Positions 9,236 to 19,285 are shown, numbered from the stretch's first letter. The stretch is 64,000 nucleotides of DNA from Desulfosudaceae bacterium (GCA_963674745.2 CAXXDV010000003.1:1-64000); one strand, 5' to 3'. A program made the numbers and translations. The notes: generated by a model from the sequence alone, not told the origin.

Positions 9236-10549
9236 ATGCCTAACTTATCAATGGACTTATTAAAGCCACTGATTCAAGATTTAGTTGGTGGAAGTGTTTT
9301 TTCTTTCAAAGAAAGCGATGAAAAAATTCAGAATGACACCCCTGCTAAACATTCAATAAGATTGAAGCTAGGCAAAAGGAATTATCTTTGTTCAGTCTCG
9401 AGAGTCAAGTTAGAGATATTACCGATTGAAAAAAGGATTTTTAACCATACCCTTTCGTGCTTTCAAGCGCTTTATAATTCTTTGTCAGACGCAAAAAATC
9501 AATATATTCGTGATGGTGTCATATTCTCTGTAATCGATTTAGGGGTTGTAAACTATTTAAAAAATTTTACTCAACAGGAAGGGCAAATATGGTCTATCCA
9601 AAACTTGCTATATGTTTTAAAAAAACTGTCATTTGAACGTTACGAAGGCGAACCAGCCACAACCGGTTTTTATGTTTACAGAAAAAAAAGTTTATTACAT
9701 TTAAAACAACAAATTGATGAGAATCAAAATTTAAAAGAACAGAATTTTATTTTTTATGATCTGAAAAAACCCATTAAATTAAATGACAATTTTTTTTACG
9801 GTCCTTTAGCCTACAGATATATTGATGGATCAAATTGTCTATACTGTTCTGATATTCAAATGAGAATCAATTCGATTTTAAGACTTGATAATTCTATAGG
9901 ATTTGATGCGATTGATAAATTAAACAATTTACCTTTTCAGTTAATCTTGGATGTATTTAGGAAGGATAATTCTTTTCAAGCCGATTTAAATAAGAATTCT
10001 GAAATTGAAATATCCTTATCAAACTTCAGAAAACTTATTTGGCGCAAAGGAAGGTGGATTATATTTAATCCCCATTTATTTAGAACTTTTATTGGGGAAG
10101 ATTTCCCAAGAAAGAATTTACATGCTTTATATAAGGCTGTTTATGCGTTATCAAAAATCAGGCATGGAGCGTTAATATTAATACTAGACAAGAATAATGA
10201 AAATAGGTATTTAGAAATTAAACAAGGTTCAGTTGCTGGTGACCATGATTTAAGCAAGGAACTAATTAATAGCAATAAAAACAAACACATCAATGATCTA
10301 AAAGAAGACAATTCGCTTATAAGAATGTTAAGTTCTGATGGTTTAACTGTGATTGATAGTATGGGTAAACTCATTGATGCAAATGTGGTTATTGACACCT
10401 CAGAAATTCCTGAAAAGAAGGAAAAATTTGGAGGGGGTAGAACGATTGCTGCATATGCAGCTTCACAACTTGGAAAGGTCATTAAAGTTTCAGAAGATGG
10501 ACCTATTGATTTCTTTGAAAAAGACGAAAAAATTTATAGATTTGGTTAA
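9236..10549 (+). CDS. DisA_N / diadenylate-cyclase (DAC) domain protein with N-terminal extension
   Basis: HGALIL, SSDGLTVID, GGGRTIAA and KVSEDG motifs; N-terminal LS..RYEG motif. Confidence 0.75.
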   Translation: MPNLSMDLLKPLIQDLVGGSVFSFKESDEKIQNDTPAKHSIRLKLGKRNYLCSVSRVKLEILPIEKRIFNHTLSCFQALYNSLSDAKNQYIRDGVIFSVIDLGVVNYLKNFTQQEGQIWSIQNLLYVLKKLSFERYEGEPATTGFYVYRKKSLLHLKQQIDENQNLKEQNFIFYDLKKPIKLNDNFFYGPLAYRYIDGSNCLYCSDIQMRINSILRLDNSIGFDAIDKLNNLPFQLILDVFRKDNSFQADLNKNSEIEISLSNFRKLIWRKGRWIIFNPHLFRTFIGEDFPRKNLHALYKAVYALSKIRHGALILILDKNNENRYLEIKQGSVAGDHDLSKELINSNKNKHINDLKEDNSLIRMLSSDGLTVIDSMGKLIDANVVIDTSEIPEKKEKFGGGRTIAAYAASQLGKVIKVSEDGPIDFFEKDEKIYRFG

Positions 10550-10632
10550 TATCTTATCTAAAATTCATTAATTATTTCATGAGAAAGAAGTAAAAAAAGT
10601 TGGTTTAAATCATAAACCCAAATAACAGAAAT

Positions 10633-11089
10633 TTGCCAAACAATCTTGGCAATCAGAAATCATCCAAGGGACAAAAGCGTAAGACTGCTCCAAGCAAGGG
10701 CACTAAAAAACAAACCAAAGATATCCCTCCGTATCTGAAAGCCCTTTTTGACGATCTGGCACCAGTTATCAAGAACTATTTAAACCAGGCTGCGGAAAAC
10801 AAGATGCGGGTTGCTAAAGCCAAGGAAAAGAACGCCGAATCCCTGGCTAAACTGATAGAATCTCTGCCGGAAATCACTCGGCTGACCAACCCTAAAAAGG
10901 GTCCACGAAAAAGAAAGATATCTCCTCAAAAACAGGAGCTACTTGATCTCATAAACAAGTGCGTGATGAAGATAACATGACCTATGCACAAGTGGCGGAC
11001 TATCTTACAAAAAACAATATCCCCACTTTTTCCGGTCGGGGACGCTGGCACCAACAGACCATTCATCGGTTGTATATGTATGATTCTTG
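10633..11089 (+). pseudogene. Frameshifted gene with C-terminal recombinase-type HTH domain
   Basis: ORF 10633-10980 continues in another frame from ~10960 as RDEDNMTYAQVADYLTKNNIPTFSGRGRWHQQTIHRLY. Confidence 0.6.
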
Positions 11090-11098
11090 ATCCCGGTT

Positions 11099-11284
11099 TT
11101 AGTCCCTCAAAAAGGAAATGGATTCAAGCTGACTTTTTTTGCCGGTTTCCTTCCTGGTGACACTGACATTATCCGGCGCTTCAATACCGAGCTTTACCTG
11201 ACCTTTGTTGATTGAAACAACAGTAACGATAATGTTTTCACCGATCTGGAGCTTTTCATTGAGTTTTCTTGATAATACCAGCAT
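11099..11284 (-). CDS. csrA: Carbon storage regulator CsrA/RsmA family RNA-binding protein
   Basis: MLVLSRK..E.LQIG..I.VTV......QVKLGIEAP..VSV.RKE; SD AAGGAGG. Confidence 0.9.
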   Translation of the reverse strand: MLVLSRKLNEKLQIGENIIVTVVSINKGQVKLGIEAPDNVSVTRKETGKKSQLESISFLRD

Positions 11285-11495
11285 GTTACCCTCCTTGGTT
11301 TTTGTGGTTAAGATGAGTTAAACTTTAGAATATTTATAAATGATGATTTATTTTGTGTCAAATGGGAAAAATTACGGCAAGTGTGACCGGATCTGTCACA
11401 GGGGTATGGTATTGTTTTCTTGAAGGCTGAGCCAGGGCTTATTTGACAAAAAAAAGAGATGGATCATATGAACGATGATGTAATAACGGCAAAGA

Positions 11496-12575
11496 TTGAA
11501 GTCACTGGAGGGAAAAATGCACCAATCGTGGAAGCCGGGTGATCCTATTCCGAGGTTTAAACCAGTTAAGGATATGGATAGCCTGTTACGTGATGTATTA
11601 AAAGATAATGAAATAATATCGAAAGACTCAAGAGATTTCCCATCACCGTCACGCTTAGAAACAGAAGCGCAAAAGATATTATCAGATTTTTACGAAAAGC
11701 AAGCCGCCAAAGCGAAAACATGGCAAAGCTATAATCAAGATATTACGATCGACGAAAACAACATCCTTCCAGTCGGATTTGTCAAAGGATATGATGCAGG
11801 AAAAAACAGTGAGATAATCCAGACGCTTGATCAAACTACAATTTTTCCCCATTTTTGCTGTTCATTATATGGTCCACCGGGGAATGATTCTAATGATAGT
11901 TCAGGAGTTGAAACACCAGCAATCTATTATTCAAGTCAGTATAATAATATCGGTACAGATTGTTTCGTAAAATCCTGGGATAACTTCATGATGTTTTTGG
12001 GGCGGTCCACCAAGATTATGGACGATCTCCAAATGCTGGTTACTTCGGCAAAAAAAGAAGGGTTACGGACTGGGAACGATATGATTACCGACCTTTTTTA
12101 TTTAGCCGTCGATGGTTTAAAAAATGTAAAAGAGGACTATATCCAAGGGACAGAGAAAATTCGTTCTATCTATGCAGATCTTGGAGATAGGCGCGACTTC
12201 CCCTCTTTTGTATTAAAATCAGCTGAGATCATAACGTCAATCTTACTTTCACCCGAAACACAAAAGAGAATCCAGGCTTCAAATAAACGGGGATTAGTTC
12301 CGGTCTGTCAGATGCATTTTGGTCTTGGGGGGTACCATCGTATGCTAAAAAGGGATTACGGGTGGAATGAAAGCACTTGTCCAAAAGCAAAATATATGGG
12401 TTTAAAGCATCCCATATTCGCAGTAACACCACCTATCTATGCGCATGAGGGCGGCGCTTTTTACGATTCCCAAACCAATATGATTATCGGGAAACGGAAA
12501 CAGATTGTTGAATTTCTTATGTTTTTGAATAAGTTGTGGGTACTTGATGAGAATGATTTAAAGTATCTTGTATAA
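11496..12575 (+). CDS. Hypothetical protein
   Basis: 359 aa ORF, no recognised motif; start uncertain. Confidence 0.65.
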   Translation: MKSLEGKMHQSWKPGDPIPRFKPVKDMDSLLRDVLKDNEIISKDSRDFPSPSRLETEAQKILSDFYEKQAAKAKTWQSYNQDITIDENNILPVGFVKGYDAGKNSEIIQTLDQTTIFPHFCCSLYGPPGNDSNDSSGVETPAIYYSSQYNNIGTDCFVKSWDNFMMFLGRSTKIMDDLQMLVTSAKKEGLRTGNDMITDLFYLAVDGLKNVKEDYIQGTEKIRSIYADLGDRRDFPSFVLKSAEIITSILLSPETQKRIQASNKRGLVPVCQMHFGLGGYHRMLKRDYGWNESTCPKAKYMGLKHPIFAVTPPIYAHEGGAFYDSQTNMIIGKRKQIVEFLMFLNKLWVLDENDLKYLV

Positions 12576-12614
12576 AGGGGCGTTAATCTATTAATTCAGG
12601 CAACGAATAAATGA

Positions 12615-12884
12615 GTGGAGAGTATGGATAATCCAATCACCAAAGAACAGGCGTTAAAAAGTATTGAAGACTATTTTATCGAGGAGGCTAAACGGGAAGT
12701 CAGCCATTGTAAAATCTCCAATGAACCACCTACATTCTGTGGAATTTACAGAACCTGGCCAGAGGATGAAGATGTTTGGTATGTTTATCCACCTCCAAGG
12801 GAGTTTAAATTGGGCGGTTCTCGGGTAATTGTTGTTTCAAAAAAGACCGGAAAAATATTGTTTGATAGAGAGGTCGGGGAATAA
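12615..12884 (+). CDS. Hypothetical protein (small, immunity-protein-like composition)
   Basis: 89 aa; ITKEQA...W.V...GG...IVVSKKTG.I pattern. Confidence 0.6.
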   Translation: MESMDNPITKEQALKSIEDYFIEEAKREVSHCKISNEPPTFCGIYRTWPEDEDVWYVYPPPREFKLGGSRVIVVSKKTGKILFDREVGE

Positions 12885-12911
12885 ATTTAGGGACCAAACG
12901 GATTAGCGATC

Positions 12912-13523
12912 ATGAAATGTCCGAAATGTGATTTTACAAATCCTGACGATTTAAAGGAATGTCAAAAATGCGGGGTTGTTTTTGACAAAATCATTCCAGC
13001 AAAATCACAGGATTCTCAGCAAGAGGGCGTTAGCGAAAAAGAATCTCCCCGAAAAACATTCGAAGAAATGTACCAGGATGATGCTGAGGAAGCTTATGGC
13101 GATATGCTTCTCCGCTATGTTTTAAGCGCTATACTATTTATCATTCCTGTGTATTTATGGATAAGCAACGGTTTTGATATTAAATGGTATTATATCGTAC
13201 TGGTTGTGTTGTCTGTTTGTGCTTTCTTTCTTGGAGAATATATTAGACTTGGTCTTGAGGATTACGATGAAAAACGGAAAATTAGAGAAAAGGAAGAGGC
13301 AGAACGCTATGTTAAATTGTCCCCCAATGGCCGAGTTCAATGTTCAAAATGTGACAGCTTTTCAATAATTACCATACCCGAAGCAAAGGACTACGGTTTT
13401 ATCGGAGGATTATTGTTAGCGCCTATACTGCTTTTAACCGGTGGTTTTGATCCGTATTTGATAAACCTTTGTCAAAACTGTGGTCACAAGATGCAGTTTC
13501 GAGAAAACGAAAAGAAGAAATAG
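12912..13523 (+). CDS. Zinc-ribbon membrane protein
   Basis: CPKC...CQKC N-terminus, two TM segments, CSKC...CQNC C-terminus. Confidence 0.75.
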   Translation: MKCPKCDFTNPDDLKECQKCGVVFDKIIPAKSQDSQQEGVSEKESPRKTFEEMYQDDAEEAYGDMLLRYVLSAILFIIPVYLWISNGFDIKWYYIVLVVLSVCAFFLGEYIRLGLEDYDEKRKIREKEEAERYVKLSPNGRVQCSKCDSFSIITIPEAKDYGFIGGLLLAPILLLTGGFDPYLINLCQNCGHKMQFRENEKKK

Positions 13524-13532
13524 AGTAACGGT

Positions 13533-13606
13533 CCGTTACGTACGGTTTTTCAATAATATATCGAAAATACACGATTTGCGCCTTCCCTGTACATACAGAA
13601 AACAAA
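13533..13606 (+). repeat. res-like repeat, copy A
   Basis: CCGTTACGTACG...CAATAATATATCG...TGTACATA, similar to 27873 and 38288. Confidence 0.6.
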
Positions 13607-13610
13607 AAAA

Positions 13611-14312
13611 ATGATCCTATATAAGCTGAAAATATCCCTCACCCTGATAATTGTACTTCTTTTTCTCTCTGTGGCCGGCGCCCAAGCTGATACCATAATC
13701 TCCGGTAAAGTCGTCGGTATTGCAGACGGCGATACCATTACCGTTCTCCAGAATAAAACCCAGTATAAAATTCGCCTATACGGAATAGATTGTCCTGAAT
13801 CGCATCAAGATTTTGGGACCAAAGCAAAGAAATTCACCTCAGATTTGGTTTTTAAAAAAGACATCCGGGTAGTCCAGAAAGACCAGGATCGCTATGGTCG
13901 GATTGTCGGAATCGTCTATGTGGGGGATACCTGTGTTAACGAAGAAATTATCCGGTCCGGTTTTGCATGGGTTTATGGTCAGTATTGCCGAGAGGCGTTC
14001 TGTAATACGTGGAAATCTTTTGAGCAACAGGCACGGGAAAATCGGATAGGTCTCTGGAGTCATCCGGATCCCATACCGCCCTGGGATTTCCGGAGAGGCG
14101 TTAGGGAAGCTGCGAAGAATGTGATCCCTGAGAACCCCGGAGAAATCGTGTATCATGGCAATACCAATTCCATGGTGTTCCACCAGCCATCATGTAAACA
14201 TTACAACTGTAAAAACTGTACCGCTGTTTTTAAGACCCGGGAAGATGCCATTAAGGCGGGGTATAGACCGTGCGGGGGATGTAAACCGTTAGATTTGGAG
14301 GAGAATTTATGA
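13611..14312 (+). CDS. Secreted thermonuclease (SNase) with C-terminal Ada-type metal-binding domain
   Basis: Signal peptide; DGDT, IRLYGIDCPE, DRYGR motifs; FH...C...A..AGYRPC..C.P. Confidence 0.9.
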   Translation: MILYKLKISLTLIIVLLFLSVAGAQADTIISGKVVGIADGDTITVLQNKTQYKIRLYGIDCPESHQDFGTKAKKFTSDLVFKKDIRVVQKDQDRYGRIVGIVYVGDTCVNEEIIRSGFAWVYGQYCREAFCNTWKSFEQQARENRIGLWSHPDPIPPWDFRRGVREAAKNVIPENPGEIVYHGNTNSMVFHQPSCKHYNCKNCTAVFKTREDAIKAGYRPCGGCKPLDLEENL

Positions 14313-15247
14313 AATTATCAAAACTTGAAAAGGTTGATTTAAGGGAAGTTTGGAAGCATGAGGCTCTAGATTTTACGAGCTGGCTTGCAATGCCAGAAAA
14401 TCTTGAATTACTGAGTGATGAAATAGGGATCGACATATCACTTATCCAAACTGAAGCAAGTGTTGGAAACTTCAATGTTGATATATTGGCGGAAGAAGAT
14501 AACACAGGGAGAAAAATAATAATCGAGAATCAACTTGAATCTACAGATCATGATCACTTGGGGAAAATTATTACATATGCCTCTGGATTTGATGCAGAAA
14601 TTCTTGTTTGGATTGTTAAGAACGTTCGTGATGAACATAAACAAGCCATAGATTGGCTAAATGAACATACTGATTCAAATATAAATATTTTTGTTATTCA
14701 AATGGAGGTCTGGAAAATATCTGATTCTCCATATGCTCCAAAATTTCATGTAGTTGCACAACCCAATGACTGGGCAAAAGCGATTAAAACAGTAACACAT
14801 AGTGAATTGTCAGATACAAAGATAATGCAATTAGACTACTGGAAGAAATTCAAAGAATTCGTACAGGATAATAATGGAAATATCAAATTGCGAAAGGCAT
14901 ATCCCCAACATTGGTATGATATTAGCTTCGGATTTTCAAAGGCTCACATTGCTTTGACAATCAATACTCAATCAGAGCAAATAGCATGTGAGGTATATAT
15001 CCCTGACTCAAAGCAATTATTTTTCGCTCTACATGAGAATAAAGAAACAATTGAAAATGAGTTGACCGAACAACTGGAGTGGGAAGAATTACCCGAAAAA
15101 AAGGCAAGCAGAATCAAGTTGATTAGCAAGGGGCTCCTGTCAAATCAGGAGGAATGGGAGGAGTACCATTCATGGATGCTTGAAAAGGCAACTTTATTCC
15201 AGAAAGTGTTTGGGAAATATATCAAAAAATATACAAACCAAACGTAA
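14309..15247 (+). CDS. DUF4268-domain protein with NucS-like N-terminal nuclease fold
   Basis: LREVWKHEA.DFT.WL, VDILA, IIENQL, DHDHLGK motifs; C-terminal LEWEEL..KKASRI. Confidence 0.8.
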   Translation: MKLSKLEKVDLREVWKHEALDFTSWLAMPENLELLSDEIGIDISLIQTEASVGNFNVDILAEEDNTGRKIIIENQLESTDHDHLGKIITYASGFDAEILVWIVKNVRDEHKQAIDWLNEHTDSNINIFVIQMEVWKISDSPYAPKFHVVAQPNDWAKAIKTVTHSELSDTKIMQLDYWKKFKEFVQDNNGNIKLRKAYPQHWYDISFGFSKAHIALTINTQSEQIACEVYIPDSKQLFFALHENKETIENELTEQLEWEELPEKKASRIKLISKGLLSNQEEWEEYHSWMLEKATLFQKVFGKYIKKYTNQT

Positions 15248-15479
15248 TATTTTGATTGTTTTACAGTGTCCCTGTAAACATCATCCAAGTTCAATATGTA
15301 GTGAGGATAAAATACTGAGTTTAAGGATTTTTCCGTCGAGAGTGTCTGAGTATATGTCGGCAAATCGACCAAATCCCAATGGAAAAATATTTGGCCTTAT
15401 TATTGATTTTTTGATACCTTTTCACGAAAGGGGACAGGCTACCGCATCCTTTAAATAATGAGTTAATATTTATTTTGGG

Positions 15480-17003
15480 ATGAGTCCAAAAGGAGAAACA
15501 GTCTTGTTATCAGAAGTTGAAAAAATTAGGCTGGCCGTTTCAAAAGCAGCAGATCGTAAAAGGAAATCTCTATTAGGTCAGTTTTTCACCCCCGAGCCAA
15601 TCGCTCGTTTCATGGCTGAATTGTTTGATATAAATGATGATATTAATTGCCATTTGCTTGATGCAGGTGCTGGTATTGGTTCTCTTTCCGCTGCCTTTAT
15701 AGATAGATGGATTTCTTACAATTACAGTTTTAAAAACATTGAACTTGATGCTTTTGAAATTGACAAGTATTTGCATCCCTATTTAATTCAAACTTTAGAA
15801 AAATATAAAAAACATTTCAAGTTTGTCCCTATAATTAGAGATACAGATTTTATACATACTGCTGCTGATTATCTGTCCGGTAGTCTTTTTATTCAAACGC
15901 TTCCAAAATATTCCCATGCAATTTTGAATCCACCTTACAAAAAGATACGCAGCAACTCAGCTCACCGTAAAGCGTTAAGACAGGTTGGAATTGAGACGGT
16001 GAATTTGTATTCAGCTTTTGTCGCATTAGCGTTGGCATTGCTTGATAAACAAGGACAGCTTGTTGCAATCATTCCTCGAAGTTTTTGTAATGGTCTGTAT
16101 TATCGTCCATTCCGGAATTTTATACTAGAAAGGGCAGCAATTAAACGGATACACTTATTTAATTCTCGGAGTAAGGCATTTAAGGATGATGACGTGTTAC
16201 AAGAGAATATCATTATTCGACTAGACCGGGGTGGTAAACAGGGACCTGTTGTGATTTCAACGTCAACAGATGAAACCTTTAATGATTTGACCATCCAGAA
16301 ATTTCCGTTTAATAGAATCGTGTTTCCTGAGGATGCAGAAAGATTCATCCATATCCCAACATCATTTGGCCTGAATGGACTTGAATCGTGTCCATCGATT
16401 AAATATTCATTATCAGAACTTAACATTAGCGTTTCCACTGGACCAGTAGTAGATTTCAGAGTTAAAGAACATCTTCGTGAAATCCCAGAAGAGGATACAG
16501 TCCCGCTACTGTACCCCACCCACTTTAAAAACAGTGAAATTGATTGGCCAAAAAGTGGCATAAAAAAACCTAATGCGATCAAAATTAATAGCGAAACGAA
16601 AAAATGGCTATATCCGAGTGGCTATTACTGTGTTGTACGCAGGTTCTCATCAAAAGAAGAAAAACGACGGGTTGTTGCAAATGTCGTTAATCCTTTAAAA
16701 TTTAACGGTGCGCCTCTGCTAGGATTTGAAAATCATCTCAATGTTTTTCATGAAAACAAACAAGGTTTACCAAAAACGCTATCTTTTGGAATAGCATTAT
16801 TTCTTAACTCTACTATTGTCGATGAATGTTTTCGGACATTCAATGGACATACACAGGTTAACGCGACTGATCTAAAACAAATAAAGTATCCGAGTCGTAA
16901 AAGACTAATAGAACTTGGTAAATGGGGTTTGCGCCAGGCACGGATTACACAGGAAATGATAGATAAAAAGTTGGAGCACTTATTTAATGAAAGACAAAAA
17001 TGA
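15480..17003 (+). CDS. Type II m6A DNA methyltransferase, BsuBI/PstI type
   Basis: GQFFTP, LDAGAGIG, NPPY, STGPVVDFR, GFENHLN, GHTQVNATDL motifs. Confidence 0.92.
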   Translation: MSPKGETVLLSEVEKIRLAVSKAADRKRKSLLGQFFTPEPIARFMAELFDINDDINCHLLDAGAGIGSLSAAFIDRWISYNYSFKNIELDAFEIDKYLHPYLIQTLEKYKKHFKFVPIIRDTDFIHTAADYLSGSLFIQTLPKYSHAILNPPYKKIRSNSAHRKALRQVGIETVNLYSAFVALALALLDKQGQLVAIIPRSFCNGLYYRPFRNFILERAAIKRIHLFNSRSKAFKDDDVLQENIIIRLDRGGKQGPVVISTSTDETFNDLTIQKFPFNRIVFPEDAERFIHIPTSFGLNGLESCPSIKYSLSELNISVSTGPVVDFRVKEHLREIPEEDTVPLLYPTHFKNSEIDWPKSGIKKPNAIKINSETKKWLYPSGYYCVVRRFSSKEEKRRVVANVVNPLKFNGAPLLGFENHLNVFHENKQGLPKTLSFGIALFLNSTIVDECFRTFNGHTQVNATDLKQIKYPSRKRLIELGKWGLRQARITQEMIDKKLEHLFNERQK

Positions 17004-17931
17004 TCATGTCAAGGCTGCCATTGATATTCTTATTTCGTTAGGTCTCCCAAGGGCACAACAAAACGAGCGTTCGGCACTTTGCCTACTAGCGTTATTAAAT
17101 CTTTCGCCAAAAAAGTCTTGGTTGGAATCTGAAGATCCCTTAATGGGTATCACTCCAATCATGAATTGGGCTCGTCGACATTATCAAAAAAAATATGCAC
17201 CTAATACACGGGAAACTGTGCGTCGACAGACTATGCATCAGTTTGTAGATGCAGGAATTGCACTATATAATCCAGATAAACCCGACCGACCTGTAAATAG
17301 TCCAAAGGCGGTTTATCAAATAGAACCGACTACACTGTCCTTGCTTCGTAGCTTTGGTACAAATGAGTGGCATGACAATCTAACGAACTATTTATCTAAA
17401 AGAGAAACGCTTGCAGCACGTTATGCAAAGGATCGTAAACAAACCCTTGTGCCGGTTCGAATTGGCAAAAAAAAGAAGATTTCTCTCAGTCCCGGAGAAC
17501 ACAGTGAATTAATAAAAGCCATAATTGAAGATTTTGCACCTCGTTTCGCCCCTGGGAGTGTATTGATTTACGCCGGTGATACAGGGGATAAATGGGGCTA
17601 TTTTGATTCCGAATTACTTGCCAAATTGGGCGTTGATGTTGATTCTCACGGTAAAATGCCAGATGTAGTATTGCATTACGCAAAGAAAAGTTGGTTGCTA
17701 CTAATTGAAGCAGTGACCAGTCACGGACCGGTAGATGGGAAAAGACATGCCGAATTAACTCAATTATTTTTAGAAGCAAATACAGGTCTTGTTTATGTAA
17801 CTGCTTTCCCAAATCGCACCACTTTGGCTCGTTATCTTGCAGATATAGCATGGGAAACGGAGGTTTGGGTTGCTGATGCTCCTTCACATTTAATTCATTT
17901 TGATGGCGAACGATTTCTAGGACCGTATTAA
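16987..17931 (+). CDS. BsuBI/PstI family type II restriction endonuclease
   Basis: YAPNTRETVRRQT.HQF, SPGEH, HGKMPDVV, EAVTSHGP, IAWETEVW motifs; overlaps the MTase. Confidence 0.92.
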   Translation: MKDKNDHVKAAIDILISLGLPRAQQNERSALCLLALLNLSPKKSWLESEDPLMGITPIMNWARRHYQKKYAPNTRETVRRQTMHQFVDAGIALYNPDKPDRPVNSPKAVYQIEPTTLSLLRSFGTNEWHDNLTNYLSKRETLAARYAKDRKQTLVPVRIGKKKKISLSPGEHSELIKAIIEDFAPRFAPGSVLIYAGDTGDKWGYFDSELLAKLGVDVDSHGKMPDVVLHYAKKSWLLLIEAVTSHGPVDGKRHAELTQLFLEANTGLVYVTAFPNRTTLARYLADIAWETEVWVADAPSHLIHFDGERFLGPY

Positions 17932-17997
17932 ACGCCTTAAAATAACAATTAATCAAATTTACAAATACTCTGTGAGATTCAAGAAGAGGAGGGGGAA

Positions 17998-18483
17998 ATG
18001 GAACTTTTAGAGATCAAGGAGCATTTTCAAGTGCAAGATGAATCATTAACTTTTCAGGAGTTAGTTGATGAGGCACCGAAAATAGCCGATAGCATAAAAA
18101 ACAAAAATGTAATTATTTTACCGTCTCATGGATCAACTGACGCGTTTTATTCAGGAAGTCTGGATACTCTAGACTATTTGAACGAAAATAATGTTAATAC
18201 GGATATTTACTCCTCTGACGATGACTACAAAGAACTAGGACTTCATAGTGCGGATATTTGGCTCGGCACTTTTTTTATTAAAAATATTATTATTCCAGTT
18301 TTTTGTGGCGTAATAGCTTCCTACATTTATGAAAAAATAAAAGCGAAAGCTGGTGACAGAATCTCTTTAAAGTTTATTGTGGAAAAAAAGGATGGGAAAT
18401 CGGCATCTGTCAGTTTTGGTGGAAAAGTTGAGGAACTTCATAAAGCTCTGGATGCAGTCAAGGAATTCAGTGATGAAGGTTAA
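17998..18483 (+). CDS. Hypothetical protein with a single hydrophobic helix
   Basis: 161 aa, strong SD, overlaps the next gene. Confidence 0.7.
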   Translation: MELLEIKEHFQVQDESLTFQELVDEAPKIADSIKNKNVIILPSHGSTDAFYSGSLDTLDYLNENNVNTDIYSSDDDYKELGLHSADIWLGTFFIKNIIIPVFCGVIASYIYEKIKAKAGDRISLKFIVEKKDGKSASVSFGGKVEELHKALDAVKEFSDEG

Positions 18484-19285
18484 TCTAGTGACCCTGCAAG
18501 ATGCTCAGCATCCTCAAATCCAAGCCCAACTAACCTCTTTACTTAAAACAAAAAAAATAGCTGCATTAAACGGAGATGAAGAACTTGCAAACAGTTGTTG
18601 GAGAGAGATTGAAGCTCTCGAATTAAACATTCAATTCATTAGTGCGTTTGATAAGATCAAAAACAGACAATATAGAGAAGCATGGTGTGAATTGGAAAAA
18701 TGTGAAATTAAATGCCTATCTCTAGAAGAAAATTCTGATGATTTATTTTTGAAACGGTCAAGAACTAGTTTTATCAAAGATAAAGTGGCAAAGTGGCAAT
18801 CGATTTATCCATACTGTGTTTTTGCTAGTCCTGGATTTACTGTGGGTTATTATTCATGCAGCATATGTGGTCATAAAATTCGACCTAGATCTAGATGCGA
18901 GCATAAAAAAGGTAAAGTTTATAATGGTAAATTATGTGTGCATGTGGCGCATGACATGGAGTTTAGGGAATTATCAATTGTGACGAATCCAGTACAGAAA
19001 TATTCTGTTTTTCACAATGATGAAACTTTAGATTTCTCTCTTGTAGAACATTTAGCTTCCCTGTTAGAAAATGCATTCGAGAACTGGGATCTCAATTGGA
19101 CAAGAAAGAAATTTCCCATGGATCGTTTTTCAAATGTTGCACCTAGTGACGATTGCCCTTGTAAAAGTGGAGGTAAATTTGAAAATTGCTGTATTAAAAA
19201 AGAGGCGATAGACATACCACATGTTGACTTCATCTTGAGTAAAAAGATTCCGGACGAAAAAATGAAGGTAAGGTTTCCCTATTAA
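18473..19285 (+). CDS. SEC-C motif protein with a central Cys/His zinc site
   Basis: CPCKSGGKFENCC; CSICG...CEH..G..Y.G..C; start at ATG 18473. Confidence 0.75.
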   Translation: MKVNLVTLQDAQHPQIQAQLTSLLKTKKIAALNGDEELANSCWREIEALELNIQFISAFDKIKNRQYREAWCELEKCEIKCLSLEENSDDLFLKRSRTSFIKDKVAKWQSIYPYCVFASPGFTVGYYSCSICGHKIRPRSRCEHKKGKVYNGKLCVHVAHDMEFRELSIVTNPVQKYSVFHNDETLDFSLVEHLASLLENAFENWDLNWTRKKFPMDRFSNVAPSDDCPCKSGGKFENCCIKKEAIDIPHVDFILSKKIPDEKMKVRFPY

